DNA of 62,183 bases, counting the filler, from Perkinsus olseni (lineage: Eukaryota): assembly GCA_013115125.1 (NCBI GenBank). It is 5 parts of 5 records of this genome, joined end to end, with 100 filler letters (N's around TTAATTAATTAA, not from the genome) between each part and the next. Parts side by side here need not be neighbours in the genome. Positions count along the whole stretch, not along the records: positions 49,901 to 62,183 come from JABANN010000798.1; 4 more parts are not named here. One strand, 5' to 3'. Under the pieces are notes generated by a model. The model had not been told where the DNA came from, searched no databases, and worked only from the letters and a program-made list of their open reading frames with translations. This document shows positions 61,685-62,183 of the stretch, one piece after another. A program made the position numbers and the translations under genes. Within the stretch, counting starts at the first letter, position 1, and each line of letters begins with the position of its first letter.

Positions 61685-62183
61685 AGGAAGTCCCTTCCCG
61701 TAAGAGCAACATGATGAGCGATATATACTGTTTCTGAGTTGACACAGAAGATAGACTAGTGTGAGTTATTTTCAGAACCGGAGGCGTTGTGTTCCGGAGT
61801 CTAAACTCTGAACTCGTACAACGCTCAAGTATCCATATATGCCAAGAGCTCTGGCGATCCGTATCACGCAAGCTCTTCAGAAGATACACACACTCGAATC
61901 CGTACTGCCTAGATAGACGCAGCACGACAGGATTGCATCACCGAACAAGCATGCGCCGCACAAGCCCAAAACAACTCTATGAATACAATTTGGAATCGCT
62001 GTACGAATTCGAGTATGAGCACGCGCGCAGCCTCTGATGCTTGTCAGTATAATCTCCTTTTTTGGTTCTCAATGACCAAACGAGTGCGGAGCGAGCAAGC
62101 GCGCCTTCGCATAAAACCTCTGGTCTCCGAGATGGGGCAAGGCGCGGTACCAAGCTAGCGTCGGAAAGGTCGACAGGACCTCA

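Overview
Eukaryotic, gene-dense scaffold with short (mostly about 45-70 nt) GT-AG introns. The EFL gene, the intron style and the intronless secreted subtilisin point to an alveolate, most likely Perkinsus (inference). Four N-TTAATTAATTAA-N spacers and one plain N gap are assembly artefacts, so adjacency across them is unproven. The first 37 kb holds the end of a 169-bp tRNA-Val tandem array and ordinary genes: COQ10-like, two METTL21-type methyltransferases, kelch, EFL, a divergent cyclophilin, SWC6/ZNHIT1, kinesin, TRF4-type poly(A) polymerase, an NHR-like protein, a calmodulin-like protein, a coiled-coil protein with an intronic tRNA-Glu, subtilisin and a NifS-type desulfurase. The rest holds a decayed BEL/Pao-like LTR retrotransposon whose integrase ends in a CW-type zinc finger, a GH95/DUF5703-like pseudogene, tRNA-Lys, a mucin-stalk membrane protein and a DIRS-like gag ORF. 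The most striking unexplained signal is at least ten small scars with one shared geometry: 7 of 8 bases of an 8-mer, an inverted copy, then the last 7 of 8 bases. This matches hairpin-mediated excision footprints of hAT-type DNA transposons. Three scars lie in coding sequence and two of these break the frame. Exon boundaries were read by eye and are approximate.
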